Of a stretch of 64,000 nt of DNA, positions 1 through 15,000 are shown piece by piece (position 1 is the stretch's first letter; every line of letters starts with the position of its first letter). The stretch is from Nemertoderma westbladi (taxonomy: Eukaryota > Animalia > Xenacoelomorpha). The translations under genes were made by a program, and so were the position numbers. Where the stretch lies: assembly GCA_032718475.1 (NCBI GenBank), contig JAUCBJ010007300.1, forward strand, positions 132,766 to 196,765. Reading direction: 5' to 3'. The notes below the pieces were generated by a model, which was not told the DNA's origin, did no database searches, and saw only the letters and a program-made list of their open reading frames with translations.

Positions 1-1009
1 TGATGTCTTTAAGGATTGCTGGATATTTCTTCAGCTTCCTACTTTCTTGTGGGAATTTGTCTTCATAAAAAGCGGAGAAGATATTCCAAGCAAGTAGCCA
101 TTGTTCGAATGAGGTTATTTCATTAACACCATTATCTTCCTTGAAAACAAATGTTGGCTGTTGACTTGGGTGCTCAGTGGCAGATGTTAAGATAGGAAAT
201 CGTCGTTTTGATTTTACCGCTACTGGGTCACTCAACAATGATGCGAGATCTATAAATTTATGATTCCAGATCTTCTCCTTTGTATCTAAAGGGACATATG
301 CATCTACCTCTACAAAAGAGCTACACTCACCTGCTAAGGATGTCGACAATGACTGCTCAGCTGCAGGGAAAGTATCTGGCACCTGCGAAATGTTGGATGT
401 TGACACTGCAGGACATGCAGGTAGAGTAAGGGTTGTTGGTACTGGTACACCGACTGGTGCCGTAAGTGTAGGAGGAGTAATAACTGAAGCAGCATGAATT
501 GGTGGTGAGGTGTGATGAGTAGAAGCTGGTGTTAGACCTAACCCGGACATGTTAGATGGAGGTGCTAGCCCTGAGACTGGGTGTCCAGGTGGAATGGCTC
601 CAGGAAAAACGGGTGGCATACCCATCCAGTAAGGGTTTGTGATTGGGGTATGACCACTTTGGCCTTGACTGAATGTATTGGGGTTGGGGAAGGATTGCAG
701 ATAATAAAAGGGCATGTATGGGTTCCACTGAGGAAAGCTCTGCTGTATTTGTGGATTAGCAGTAAATTCTGTAGTGGTAGATGGCAAAGGAGCTGTTGGG
801 CCACCACCGAGTATATGGGCATTGGAAGAAGTGGAGGGTGGGGTTGGCATGGAATCACCAATGTTTATTAGAGACGGGCGATGTGTTGTCCGTGGTGTAC
901 TTTTAGAACGCGTTTGCATCACCTTGTTGGAGGTTATAGCAGTTTTCCGTGCCTTTGACTTTAATCTTGTAGCCATAGAGGTAGACTTCTTCTTTGATGA
1001 TTGAGACAT
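1..1009 (-). mobile_element. DIRS/Ngaro (tyrosine-recombinase retrotransposon) gag-like ORF remnant, disrupted, running off the window
   Basis: Minus strand reads MSQSSKKK.. then VPLDTKEKIWNHKFIDLASLL ... ITSFEQWLLAWNIFSAFYEDKFP, matching DIRS/Ngaro gag motifs; stops and frameshifts present. Confidence 0.7.
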
Positions 1010-2886
1010 GTTACTGGTTGCTGGTGAGTGTGAGTGATTGCGTATGCACAGTTATAGAACTGTGTACCGGTACTGGTATATATATTCCAGCATATGATAT
1101 AGTGATATAGATATCATAATATAGTAATAATCTGATTGACATATAGTCCAATAAGCAAAAACATCAACTATAGAATTACGCCATAGCTAGACCTATATAA
1201 CATAGGCAATGAAGGCTTATTATAAGCAGAGTCAGAGAGAGAGAGTGGGATAATCATCCACTAATTGACAGATGGGATGTGCGGCGTTATGTATAATATA
1301 ATAACGGTCCGGTACAATATGTAGGCACAGCGCCCGGACAAGTTCAATTATCGGTACAGAGTAACAGACCAAGTGACTGTGTTTAATGTATAGTGTATAG
1401 GTTACTGCTGTATAGGGCTACATGCAGACATGTGTATGGCGACGCGACAGGTATTATTGTATGGAGGTAGGCCCCGTACCGTTCCCCGTTTCTGCATATA
1501 CAATTAGCTTGATACAGGTAGTTATATCATGCACAATATCAGTATATAGGCCTATAATTCTAATAATAATAAAGTGGGAATATCATCCACTGGGAGACTG
1601 CTGGACTCACTGTACCGGGGATCCAATAATATCAAGTCCAGACATATTGCAGTAGTCTACTGCCATAATCTTTGCTAGCTTCTGAGCTTGTGGAACATGG
1701 ACTTGGTCTAATGAAACTGTGATGGGAATATCATCCTTCGGCCCAGCTCAGGTAGGAGGTATATACGGGTAGCTTAAATATTTACCAAAAATTACTTTAT
1801 ATGTACCGGTACCGGTAATTTGTAACAGTGTCATCAGTTACTAAGGCCGCATTGCGGAATTGGCATTGAGTTGAGTATATCATTCAATGCACTTGCACTA
1901 CCGATATTCAGGTATTTGGTATTGGCAACTGGACCGCATGTACATGGTACATGTGTTAGTCAGTCTCAGTACAGCAGTATACTGTTGTAGTACTGGAAAC
2001 ACAGATATAGGTCTAAGCCAATTCCAGAATTCACTAATTCAATTTATGAAATGCGTTCATTAGGACTATGCTGCTATGTGGATTGCAGAATTGTGTTATA
2101 TCGGTACTTGTAGTCATATTCATAATAGCATAAAACTACTCTCTGATAGTAGGCTACTTACACACCATACACAATACTGTAAGATAGTACCCAGCTGCTG
2201 GGTAGGTACTGTACCGTCTGACCGTACCGGTACAGGGTACACAGTTAGTCATTACCAGTACTGCATTAGTCAGTTAGTGTAAGCGGGTATATCATCCACT
2301 TCTCACTTCTGCAATTATTAATTTGAGATTTTAACAAAATCAAAATTGTTGGCTGATTGGCCAAACAATTATTCCTATATGTATATTGCATTGGCCTATT
2401 TCAGTATTTGTTTATGTCGCGTAGGTTGGTAAGGAACTGTACTGCTGTACAGTGGTACGGATGCCAACGGCCTGGTGTACTAAGTGCATAACTCAGTACC
2501 CGGTAACAGATTGGTGCGGTGCCAGGGTGCAGTACAGCAGTAGGTCCTATATACACTGATACAGCAGTATCGGCAGATCGGTACTGCATTACTGGGTGAA
2601 TGGCTGCGGCTGGTATAATTAAATCTATTCCAGTCCAGTAGCAGTACTCTGGTGGCCCGGGGTCCACTGTCCATATGGTCAGTGGTCACAATTAGTAGTC
2701 TGACCTTTCTTTCTTTTATTCTCTTTTCTTTTTAACCATGCAGTGCATAGCACCGCCTGGTTGCCAGCTCAGGCTCTAGGTTCAGAGGTTTAAACGGTAC
2801 TGTACTGCCGTAGGGTAACTAACTGATCTGTTCAGTTCAGCAGTTCACATTTATTGCATAGTGGGAATATCATCCACTTCCATGTT

Positions 2887-4871
2887 CCCAGTTAAACATG
2901 AACTTGTGTTTCATATGTGGTATATATATGTTGTATGGAATAGGTGTGTCAGGAAATTAGGTTTTTATGCTCATGTATGAATAATACATGTCACGCATGC
3001 GGTGATACATACACTTAGAAACTGTGTATCGCCATTTATGGTATTTATATGTTGCACATATGAATTTATCATAAATAAATGTGTGAGAATGCGCATGTGA
3101 ATAATATATGTCGAGCATATGTGAAATAGCCATAGCCAAGACTCAGAGTTAAATTGAAATCCATAAACTATTCAATTCGTAATTGTGTAATCCAGTTCAT
3201 GGATTTTATATGTTGCACACATGTTTGCCTTATGGTAATACATGCCTTACAGTAATACATGTACAGAAAAGAATAGCGAGGGGGGATGCGGAATTTGTTG
3301 ATGTCACTACTCAGCTTTTTACATTAAGAACAAATATCGTTTTAATCAGCAGTATAATACGTTGAATCTATATTTTTTGTTATACTGTATTTTCAAAGTA
3401 CCGGCTATTTAACCATAATAATGTATAATCAATACATAGGCCTGCTATACGGTTTAAATGATCTGTGAAGGCTGTATGGACACTAAATTGAAGTAACCAT
3501 AGTCGATCGTCCAATTGTTTTGTTTATTGCATTTGAGGGCTGGTGGTGGGACACATTCTTAAAATGATAGGCATTTCATAGTCTGATCCTGCAATCGTTC
3601 TTCTTAAACACGTCGTGTCGCTTGCAGTTTAGCTAGTGAATCGCAAATTATTTTATGATATAAAGGCATTTAATTTATCCAACGGATAAGTAAAATAAGT
3701 AGTTTATATAAATTAATACAGTAATAGGTTATAGATACATTATAGAACATTATAGTAAAAATAAATAAAATATATATATGTATTAATTACACAGCCACAT
3801 ATTAGGGAGTTATTATTTAAATAAAATCGGGTATTATAAAATTTATATTTGCTGAAGGTGGAATGCGAGGCTGAGGGTTGTGGGGCGAGCCACGTTGGGT
3901 CCTTGATTAAATTATTTTATATTTTACCCATAACAGCATAGTCCTTGATTAAATTATTTTATATTTTACCCATAACAGCATAATAAGCCTACCGCTTATC
4001 ATAGTCCACTCAATTGTTCAGTGATGCAGTGTGTGATTTGCCTGCTTTCTGCCTTGCACTATACACATTGTGCTGTGCATGTGCATTGTACAGTGCTGTA
4101 TTAACAGAATTAGACAAACATATGTTTGGCTGTATGGTGGTTTTCACTTGTCAGGTTGTGGTTGTGCATTGTCATCTGCGCTGCTAAGTATCAGTAAGGG
4201 GTACAGACATAGACAGATACATACATGCACTATACCATCCGTAAGGTAGGCAGGCCTATTGCAGTTCTTATCCCGTTAAAAAATTCAACATATGTTTCAT
4301 ATGTGGTATATATATGTTGTATGTAAAAGATGTCTTAAAATTAGATATAAAATATCATATGAGCAATTATATGATCTTAGAATTAATTAATTTTCGAAGA
4401 TTTATCAAAATGAATAATCTATTATAGCTGGAAATTAGATAACTTAATTAAATCTAACTAATAGAATACGAATTTACGGATCATCACCAAAATCTAATAA
4501 GGATACTCTCATATCACTATGGATTAAATATTTTCATATATACTCCGATGCTTCCTTCTCTAAATGTATAGGGTAGGTGTAGGGCCGTAGGATAGGGTGT
4601 AGGGATTGGATAGGATAAGGTACTGACGTAGGCTACCCCCCCCCCCACACCTCTCTATAGGAAATGCAGACCCACACCAGTGATTGGTCAGTCTCAGTTT
4701 AAATTTTTACTCTTTTTGTCGCACTTGTCACATAAAAAACATATGTGTATCACATGTGAACATTCCACATATGGATCACATTTGACAACACTGTAACATT
4801 TACATATATGTATCACATGTCGAATTATTTATGGCAACCATATATGAAACACATACTCATGTTTAACTGGG
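2887..4871. mobile_element. Non-autonomous TIR DNA transposon (CCCAG..CTGGG ends, EnSpm-like)
   Basis: cccagttaaacatga..tgtgtttcatat / atatgaaacaca..tcatgtttaactggg; flanked by TT/TT; subterminal catatgtg motifs. Confidence 0.75.
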
Positions 4872-5996
4872 TTGTCATGTACTGTGTTACGTAGGCCTAC
4901 CGGTAGTCATATACCGTATTTCAATATTTAAAAGATATTTTATTATAAAATTAGAATGTGTACGCAATGTATCTGGAAGTCATAAATTAAATTATACGTT
5001 ATTTTGATTAACAGATTACTGAATCCAGGTACCGTAATGACTGAATACCAGTAATCATTTGTTAGACAAAGAGATTCCAGTGCACATCCTAGAGGATGGT
5101 ATAGGAACTTGTTAATTGTACATGTTTTGCGGTATCATAAAATATATTGGGCTCAATGCTTTGCAATATTACCCAATACCCATTATCTAACTAATATTTC
5201 AGCAGTGCGAAATAAAATGATATAAAATTGCCCAAATCCCATTTCAAATGCATTTGCCTTGTTGGACTATATACTATTATACATACTTATTGTTTTTTAT
5301 TTGAATGAAATAATATATAATTTCGTATGTATAACATATGTAATCAAATAGTCGCATCAAAGCTTAATGGCCTTGGATTTGTGCTTCTACTTAAGCTTCT
5401 GCTTACTTAAGCAGTAAGCATATAGTATAATATGAAAAATTAATACAAGGCCTTATTCGGTATTATAAGGACGTAGGATCAAGATATTCTGTTACCGAGC
5501 TGGAAGTTCTTGCTAATTCTCCTATTCTTAATTATCGCTCTCGCCTACTGGAATATAGGTTTACTGTAGAATGGCGAAAAGGGAACGAACATTGTATTCC
5601 CATTCCAGAGCCCCAGTAAATAAACCGGATGAGAATATTTCAATTACACAAGAAAGTGATGGATTGTGTGGATTTAATCCCTCAAGAAACAGTGAATGAT
5701 TTTATACTTATGAACTGTGTAGATATGCCAATGATGCAGATAAAGAATATCAAGAGTTGATTAAAATGCTATTGATTAATTGTTTAATATATTATTTATT
5801 AATTATTAATAATATATTTATTTATATTTATTTATATTCTATTTATATTATTATTAATAGGTATTGTAATAGTAATAATTGTTTATTAATTAATTGAATG
5901 ATTAATGCTGATGATTAATGGATTTGCTACCATAATCTCAACCAGATTAATATTAAAGTTAATAAACATCTGTATTTTATTATTTTTGATTGACAG

Positions 5997-6098
5997 GTGC
6001 AAATCTGGAACAACATGTTTCATAGAACAACAGATGGTGCCGGGATTTCCTAATGAGGAAATGCCTGTTAATATCATATCAGCTATTGGTACTTTTAG
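5997..6098 (+). CDS. PKD1-like exon (REJ: CKSGTTCF...IISAIGTFR)
   Basis: cag| acceptor, |gtatgt donor, phase 2/2. Confidence 0.7.
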
Positions 6099-9000
6099 GT
6101 ATGTATTTTCTGCACTGACCTGTAATGTTGTATACCCACCCATGTACGTACGTACCCTGTTTTGATCCCCCATTCCTTGTAGAAGGCTGTTGAATTGTAT
6201 AATTGATATATATATGTGTATATATATCATTTTTCCATTTTATATTAGTAGCAGTTTTTCTGCTACTAATGGATCAGGGTACGATGTCAGATGTAAAGGT
6301 CGATGTACTAATGTCTCACGTGCTCAGATGGCCAGTCGATGAGAGCTGCCCAGTCACTGGTGTATATGTGTCCATTCTTTCTTGAGGGACACCTGTGCAG
6401 TGGTAAAGAGGGTTTTCTCGGGAGTCGGATCAAATGGAAAAACAGGGTAGATTGGTCTATTGCACTTTTATTATCACCTCCTCATGGCATAATGATAAAC
6501 GTAAATATACCATAGATATTAACCAACTACAATAATTTGACACCATACAGTGGATATCCTAAGAATGTTGTATACACTAACTTCTCAAATCATCAACGGA
6601 ACCAATATAATGGAAAGCATAATGATAGATGATCGAGATGGGGGACAGATAGGGCGTGACTGACTCCTGATTGGTTGGTGGCATTCTCTTTGGGTGAGAA
6701 TGACTTTGTGTAACACAATTGGCCTTAAGTATTCTAATACTATAATCTGCATACTGGGCTTGGTAGGTTAGAAGATGCAATTATGAATTTGCTTATAGAG
6801 GAGGTCTATTAACCATAATTTGTTGGTCTTAATCAAGTTGGCTTGATTTTTTGGCACATATTCATATTGCTAAATTTCTGTCAGCTGGTACATGTTTGGT
6901 ACAGCTACACCATCAAGGAGCTTAATTTTAACAACATAATCAATCAATGTTGCATTGCTACATTTACATATATATATCAGCCATGATGTATCGCTGTGAT
7001 TCGCTGATAACACAATGCCACCATATTTTGCGATTAGCTGCCAATATGACCGACCTTGGTAGGAATGTAAATGGATGAACACTAAGTTCATAATAAGATC
7101 ATACACAGGCAGATCAGTTCTACAGTGGTTTATGTACATCATTAATTAACAAGTTTTCAGCTTTTAATGCTCAAAGTGCTATAAATTAAATACAGTAGGG
7201 TAAATTGTACAAGGTAAGTTAAGTACCGGTGAAATATTTAATGTTAGTATCATTTCAGATAAAGTTTCTTCTCCCAAATTTTCTAGAGTGATTGCAACAT
7301 GCACAAATGATTGTGGAGTTCTTGAAGAGTTGGAATATCTGTGGAAGTTAAGGAGACTTAAAGATAATAATGCAGCTGAATGGACTGATATGGAAATTAA
7401 AGTTAATGATAACGGTAATAATATTACAACTGCAGCAGTGCAAATCAAAATAAAAAATGTCATGCTTTATTACTATTAACCATTTCATATCATCCACTCC
7501 TCCGCTTTATAAGCGACTAAATTGTACTACCCCTTTTATTTACTTTATAAGCACCAAGTATGAAATTTAATGACACCAATTACACCGTGCCAGTTATAAA
7601 CCGTTTGTGGGCCTTCGCGTAGCACGAGACTGCGTAGGTACCAAGTTTGGTTTAATTTCATCAATGATTGGCCGCTACTAGCTAGGGCTATTTGAGATAA
7701 GTATCACATTTTTAGTTTTACAATACTCTGTCCTTCATTAACCTCGTTGCGCTCATCCTTTATTGTCTCAAAATATTTTTCCTAAACGCACATTGACGAC
7801 CTTTATAACTATGCAAAGTCTCGAAACTGTGTGAGTAACTGCTGATTTATGGCATATGGATAGTCGTATCCACTGCAAAACTCTGCGTTCGTCCTGTACA
7901 ACCTGGTCACTAAATGACCCCCCTTGTATCCGCCACTGTTACTGTATCATCATCAGATATATAGTTATGTAACCACCTATCGTTATAGTCTAGCTTGGCT
8001 AAAGGCTGTATGGTAGGTACAGTTTAAATAATAATTAAGCCCAGAGTATAAATTTCAGAATGGAGAATTTTTAGAATTTCAGTTTTATTACAGTGTAAAT
8101 TAGTCTGAGTAGAGGACACTTTTAAAGTGGGTTGGACTAACACTAAAAAAGTGGGCACTAAAAACTACACACGGTAATTTTGTATATCACAACAATACAC
8201 AACAGCTACCTTTCTCAAGCTTTGACGTGTGTGGGAATTGTATAATCAAATATAAATTGCTTTAGGACCACAATATTTATTTTTGTTAGTTATTAAATAT
8301 CTATTGTAACTGGATAATGTGTGGCCGTCTTAATATATCATATACAGATGACGTTGCTCTTGGCAGTACCATGTTCATGGAAGAAGAACTGCATCTAAAT
8401 ATATTTGAGTTGACTGCATTCGGAATTCCTTCAGATGATGCCAAACGAATTGGTACGAGCTCAATGTTGTTGAAGGTGAGTTATAATTTTTGTTTTTTAT
8501 TTATTATTTACATTCCAATGAGGCTAGAAGTCTCACTAGAAGCCTTCTAGGTACTATATTTGGTATTTAAATGTGTATATCATTTTAATATATTGTTCAG
8601 TTGGATGTGTTTATAAACTATCCAAACAATTATCATGAATTTGGGAGTGGTAAAAAATATATCTATAAACTGCTTCCTGTATACAATGCTTTACTGAATA
8701 AATAATATTTCAGGTGAATTTACCACCGAACCCAGTTAATCCCGATGATGTATGTATAGCAAGTTTGTGCGACCAGGATGCCCTCAACATACTCAGTGGA
8801 CCCGGAAATGAGTTCGATAACTTATTATTCTATGATATTGATTGCACTGATAACTTTACTGATCCTGAAGGCGACAGATTAACTAACTACAGATTTATAG
8901 GTCAGTCTGTTAGAATCATGTCAATTTGATCTAATATTATTATTGCATTCACTAATCCCGTTTAATCCTAAGAACTATACAAAATTAAATTTTCAACAAA

Positions 9001-12000
9001 TTTTTCCCACTGCATTTTGATTGTCTCCCATTTCATTATGGATGGGCTTGATCGACCTGAACTGTGGTTCAACGTCGGCAGACACATAAAAAAGCCATCT
9101 CCATTCAAAAATCATGTTGCTATGGCACAAGGTTATTAACACTTGTCCATTCATACACTATACTGCAGTATGGTCCCTTGGTATATTGTACTGGTGATAC
9201 ATACTGTTTTTTTTAGGATATTTTCTGATTGACATGAATTATAGTAGCCTATATTTAAATAGACTACTTCTCCCATTACCAGGAGATAGTACGGGTATTA
9301 GGGCCACCCTTGAACCAGCCCAAAGGGGACGGGAGGGGGGGGGGGGGGGAAGCACAAGTCACCCTGGCCCTGGGCATTCAGGAACTTCAAGCATGTGGGA
9401 GCCACATACAACATGGCCTCTATTAGTAATTAAATAAATATTAAATAATAAATAAATAGTAAATAATAAATAAATATTAAATTATAAATAAATATTTAAA
9501 TAATAAATATATATTAAGCTGTTGTCTATAATTCCACCCACAGCCACTCGCAATGTTGGACAAGAACAAGAACTGGTATTTGGTTCCGATTCTAAAGTAT
9601 CAGTTCGTTTACCCACTGGGCTGAAACGCCACAATTACATGGTCAACATATCAGTGGAGGTTTTTGATCTCTATGGTGCTTTTGCAAAATACCACATAGA
9701 CACAAAGAAGGTAAATCTTATTTCTGTAATTTAACCTTTGTTTCTAGCCCATCATTGGGTGAGTACAGCTTCTATTATAAAACATGGTGTAGTAGTGGGG
9801 AAGCCATGATTATCTATTGGAATATCAGTATTATTTAGGAATACTCAACTGTATTTATCAACATTATCAATATTATTTCACAGTTAGGTATGAATGAAAT
9901 TAATGAAATAACTATTTGAGGAAATAAGATAAATTAAATTGAATATCTATAGGTAGAAATGCCTCCTTTACCCGGCGGTGCCAATACAACTGATAGATTG
10001 GAGAAAATGGAAGAATTGTTTGTAGCTGTGGATTCAATGATGACAAAAAATTTTACAAAATATTTACATGAAGGTTTGTTACCCAACTCTCTATACCTTA
10101 TTACATGTAAATCTAACATCAACCTAACGATGTATGGATTTTTTCTCGGAATATAATATTTTTGATCTCTATTGCAATAAAATTTATGAAATCCCATCAG
10201 TGATCCCAAAGTGATTGCTATGTCAAAATCAGAATGAGTTACGTAAAGGATGTGGAGTGGAACATGGACAATTCCTATTCTGGCACTGATAATTGAAGGA
10301 TAATTTAATAATTATCAACAAAGTTTTCGTGCGTGATGTGGGTGCTCCTACACTTTAACAAACAATATAACATAGACTACAATCGGGGATGGTAAGATAT
10401 GTACTGTATGGTTTGTATATTGCTATTATTTCTGAGTGCTTAATTGATAACTGATATTGAGTAGTGAATTTAGACCAGTAGTGTTAGTTTTTTACATAGC
10501 CCAACTCATCCCATATTGCCCTTGTGATGGCCTGTTAATTGTAAAATATTTGATTCTCTAAAACTATTTAATTATTATTATATGTTGTGGCCGAAATATT
10601 GGCATTAGACGAAACCTACAACTTTTCGATAACCCTAAAGATCTACTGCACTTGCACTATAACCAATCCCCCCACCCGGGACACACATTAATAATACGTA
10701 ATGTAGTGGGTGACTCCTGTTCACCTTGGATCATGGATCTGTCAGTCAGGTGAAAACCTTCGAATATAAAAGGGAAAGCATGTTATTCTGAGTAACTGTC
10801 AGGTAGAACTGATTAACTGGTACGAACACACCTGTAAAAAGGTGTTGAACAGATAGTTCCAAAGGAAACTGGTTACTGAAGAATGCATAACAAGGTTATA
10901 TATATTAAATGTATCCAGACCAGGAAAAAACCCTGAGTAAAATATCATAAGTATAAAAATAACAATAAGAGTCAGGGAAATTCGACACAAATCCCATATT
11001 GTAGAATTAATGTATCTTCTCAATGTTACCTTATCAATTAAAGCACACAATGGCACATTATTATAACCAAAACAATAAACTAAGGTCATTTGAACATGTT
11101 ATAGTTTATTTTTGGGAGTAATCAGCTGTTATTTACGTTTATTTTCCCTGGAAAAGGATGAATTTTGAATTGTATACAGACGACGATCCCTTCTCCTAAG
11201 AATAATAATATAAAATATAATATATGTGTCTTAAATTGGAAATATCTGTTTTAAACACAAAACGACTCTACAGAAGTTCTTACGAGCATAGTAGGGCGAA
11301 CATTTGTGGAATTGAGGGAGCCAAATGTGCACTGGAAGACAAGACCTAACAACAGGAAGATGGATGTCCAGTAAGTGTTATGGGGTACAGCCCATCATAT
11401 AATTTTATCGAATATGCAAAACTTCTGAAAATATGGAATTTGTTGAAGTGGGCACAGCCCAGACTCCTTATAAAGTTATCTCATATGGTAAGGAGCTCCA
11501 ACTTTGTTATGAGATCCTGAGGGTAGTTGTCCCAAACAGCACAAGAGTATTCCAGGTTTAAGCACACAAAAGATTTGTAAATGTTCAGGAGTGCTTCTCT
11601 GCTAACCTTGTATTTAACGATTCGTAACATATTAATGTTTAATTAACTTTATATTATTAATAATAATATTGATAATTGATAAATTTGACTATTAAAATAA
11701 TAAAGTAATTAATAAACTATAGATTATGGACTTTTGTAACAAATTGAAATATGTTATTTATTTGTAATACCATTTAGGAAGTGCGAGAAATGTTAGTATG
11801 ATGGCATCAACTATAGCAGCTCTACTCAATGATGTCATAGACAAATCTGAAGAACCACCGAATGGTGAAGTTGATACCGTCACCACTACAGTAGCTGCTA
11901 CGACTCAGCCACCTGGAAATGTAAGTAGATACCTGTACACTGTACCAAAAATAGAAGCCGCTATGATGCAGTTACCTAGTAATGTAAGTATACTGAATTG

Positions 12001-15000
12001 AGAGATTTTAATACCACCATGGGTAATATGTTTAAATGTTAAAAACAAAAAGGAAGATAAAACGTTCAATAATAAAAATAGCAGAGCAGGATTGGACATG
12101 ATCTTTGAGTCAGTGAGATGCTGACTCAACCAGCATAGGTACATGTATCTGATCGGTGGCAGCATTTTTTGGATGAGCAAACCTTGTGGTGGTATCCATT
12201 GGAAACCATTTGTGCTGCAGCTCTCTGGAGGACATCAGTGAGATGAGACAGATCAATTACGCCATTTTGAGTATCAGTAGTCCTGGTGTTGTCAACAGCA
12301 GTGAGGATGTGAAAGCAAACTTACTCACACCACATCTTCCAATAAAACCCCTGTACATGGATCACATATTCCAAAGTTGGAATATCCTCTGTGTTTTGGA
12401 ATACTTCGCATCCATAGGTGATAGAGGGGTAGATTACTGAAATCCAAAGCCATTTGGCTGTGTCTAGCGAGACAAGTGAGAGTTGTACTTTAGTGGCAAG
12501 GCTCATACAGCATTGCATTCATATTTTTATACAGTTTGTTATGGTGTGCTGTAGCTTTATTGTTTATAAAGAAAGTCACCCCCAAATAATCAAAACTTTT
12601 AGTAAATTCTATTGGTATACCCATGCAGAATAACTTATCATTGTGTACGAGGCATCCTCCCCAGCGGAATTTCATTGATGGAATTTTGGTTAAATTAATA
12701 GCTAATGTATTGTCTCTACAATAGACCTCCAGAGCATCGAGACGAGCCTGAACATCCTGGAGGGTGCACCCCATGATCACTAGATCATCAGCATATAAAA
12801 TTACTAGACATCCAATGCTATAGGAGCAGGATAAAAGGACTGCTTTAAAGATGCATTTGAGAGATCATCAGGGCCACAAGTTTTGTGGTTCTTCAGGGAG
12901 TTTATTAAATTACATAATTTGGACACCTTGATAGGTCTATCCAGATCTGGACATCAGTTTTCAGGGAATATTGGTATTCATTTTAAACATCTTTAGTGAG
13001 GAGAGATGAGAAATAATCTAACCATTCCTTCTCTGGGACCTGTTGTGAAGTAGGAGTCGGCCAAGAGCATCCATTGATGATTTTCCAAAATCTATGTCTG
13101 TCTGCCTCACATTCTTCTATGAGATTATGCTCGCTTATTAATTCATATACTTGCTTTTTCTCTCTTATTAGTGCTTTGTATATTAGTTGTATGGAGTTAT
13201 AAGACTCAAGTGTTAAATAATTGTGGTTCTCCCACAATTTCAGGGCGGCAGAATGCGCATTGGTTGTGTCTCGCTTTATAGCACGAAATATCAAACCAGG
13301 GATTCAATCATTTCTTCTTTGGCTCAAGTGCAGAGCCTATGATTGCAGATGTGATGTAACTACAGGCATTGTAACTACAAGCATCATCAGCACCCACCAA
13401 TAAACATTAGTTAAAATATTCCCAGTTGACAAGTTCTCCAAGGGTTGATGTATCATGTTATCTTACTGGTATGGTACGATATTGTCTATTAGCAGCTCTT
13501 TTATTGGGATATAGTCGAATATAGACTCGTTGGTATTTAGTATTCAGGGTATTGATAATTTCAAGTGCAGCTGAATTCAGTAGTACCTTATCCAGGAATA
13601 CAAGGTCTACAATGCTGCTTCCATCCCATGAAAGGCATGTTGGGGTTGAGGAATTTTGTAGCAAGTGAATGCCAGCGCCCAGAAGTGTACTGGATAAAAT
13701 GTAAGTATATACCGGTACAGAAACCACAGTAGTAGCCCTTATGACATAGCCACTTAGTATTGAAGTGGAACAAACTAACTACAATGAACTGACATAGGCA
13801 GTAAGCCACCTGTTAATGTAAGTCAATACCAGCACCAGAACTATTGCAGTAGTTCCTATAACACAGCCACCTGGTAATGTAAGTCGATGCCAGTATTGTG
13901 ACCACAGCAGTAGTCACTATGACCTGCCACCTCATAAAGTGAGTAGATACCAGTACGCCCGTGATGCAGCCACCAGGCAATGTATGCAGTTATACAAGTA
14001 CCAATATCAAAACTAACTAGGATCAGCATGCTGCATTGCAGCTGCATTTTTAAGAATGCTGTGCCGGCTTGTCGACAAAATTGCGCCGCCACAACTCCCT
14101 ATCACCCATGACATTTGCTAGATCATCCGGATCTTCAAGGCCAGTGTCCTTTAAGATGCGTCTCAAGAAAGTCATGGGCTGTCCACCATGCTTATTCGCT
14201 CCATGAGGCTGCCAAAGTACAAGATTATGCACTGGCTGGTCCTCATGGCGAAAGCAATGGCCTGCAGAGCAGAGGCGATTTTGTTCTAGTGTCAAGCTTG
14301 GGGGAACCAACGAGACACCTCCAATGTTATATAGTGTCTGGTTGGAGATGTGTGCATTGTACTTGACACAATGAACCCGGCATAGCATTCTTGAAGCACT
14401 TCAGTCAATGGATGAAGACTAATCCACCGATTCAATATACCAGAATATAATAACAGCCCACAAGGAATCAGCTAAGAGGCATATCCCCCAGAAACCTAAA
14501 CGAAAACAGTATGTGCCATGGCAAAACTCTGAGGTTACTTGTAAGAGAGAAGATCTTAAGATAGCCTACAAAGTTAAAACCGAACAACCAACAACCGAAA
14601 ACATTAACAAGGTTGAGAAAGCTAAGGACGATCTTAAATTGGCCTACAACATCAGCCAGGAAAAGTACATACAGGATAAAACTGAAGCAATTACAACTGC
14701 TCACATACAGCAACAATCAAGACTTACCTGGCAAACTGTAAATGAGGTATCTGGTCGGAAAAGTTGTGCAAAGGGGCGCCTCAAAGCCGATAGTCCTGAA
14801 GAACGTGTTGGGAAGTGGAAAAATTACTTCAGCAACTTGCTTGGGCAGCCACCAAACATCGAGGTCAGCCCTACAAGGAAAATATATGACAAGACACTAC
14901 CTATAGAAACAGGGGACTTCACACCTGCCAAACTCCAAAGAAGCATTAAAAGCATGTCCAATAATAAAGTGAGTGGATTGGATGAAATCCCAATGGAGGT

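Noticed and set aside
5450-5558. Possible extra upstream PKD1-like exon (KDVGSRYSVTELEVLANSP..EYR)
   Set aside because: The phase would fit exon 5997, but the acceptor and donor are weak and there is no clear motif, so it is left uncalled.
10516-10605. Possible degenerate hammerhead (tgcc cttgtgat ggcc ... ggcc gaaa tatt ggca)
   Set aside because: The core deviates from CUGANGA and stem III is not convincing.
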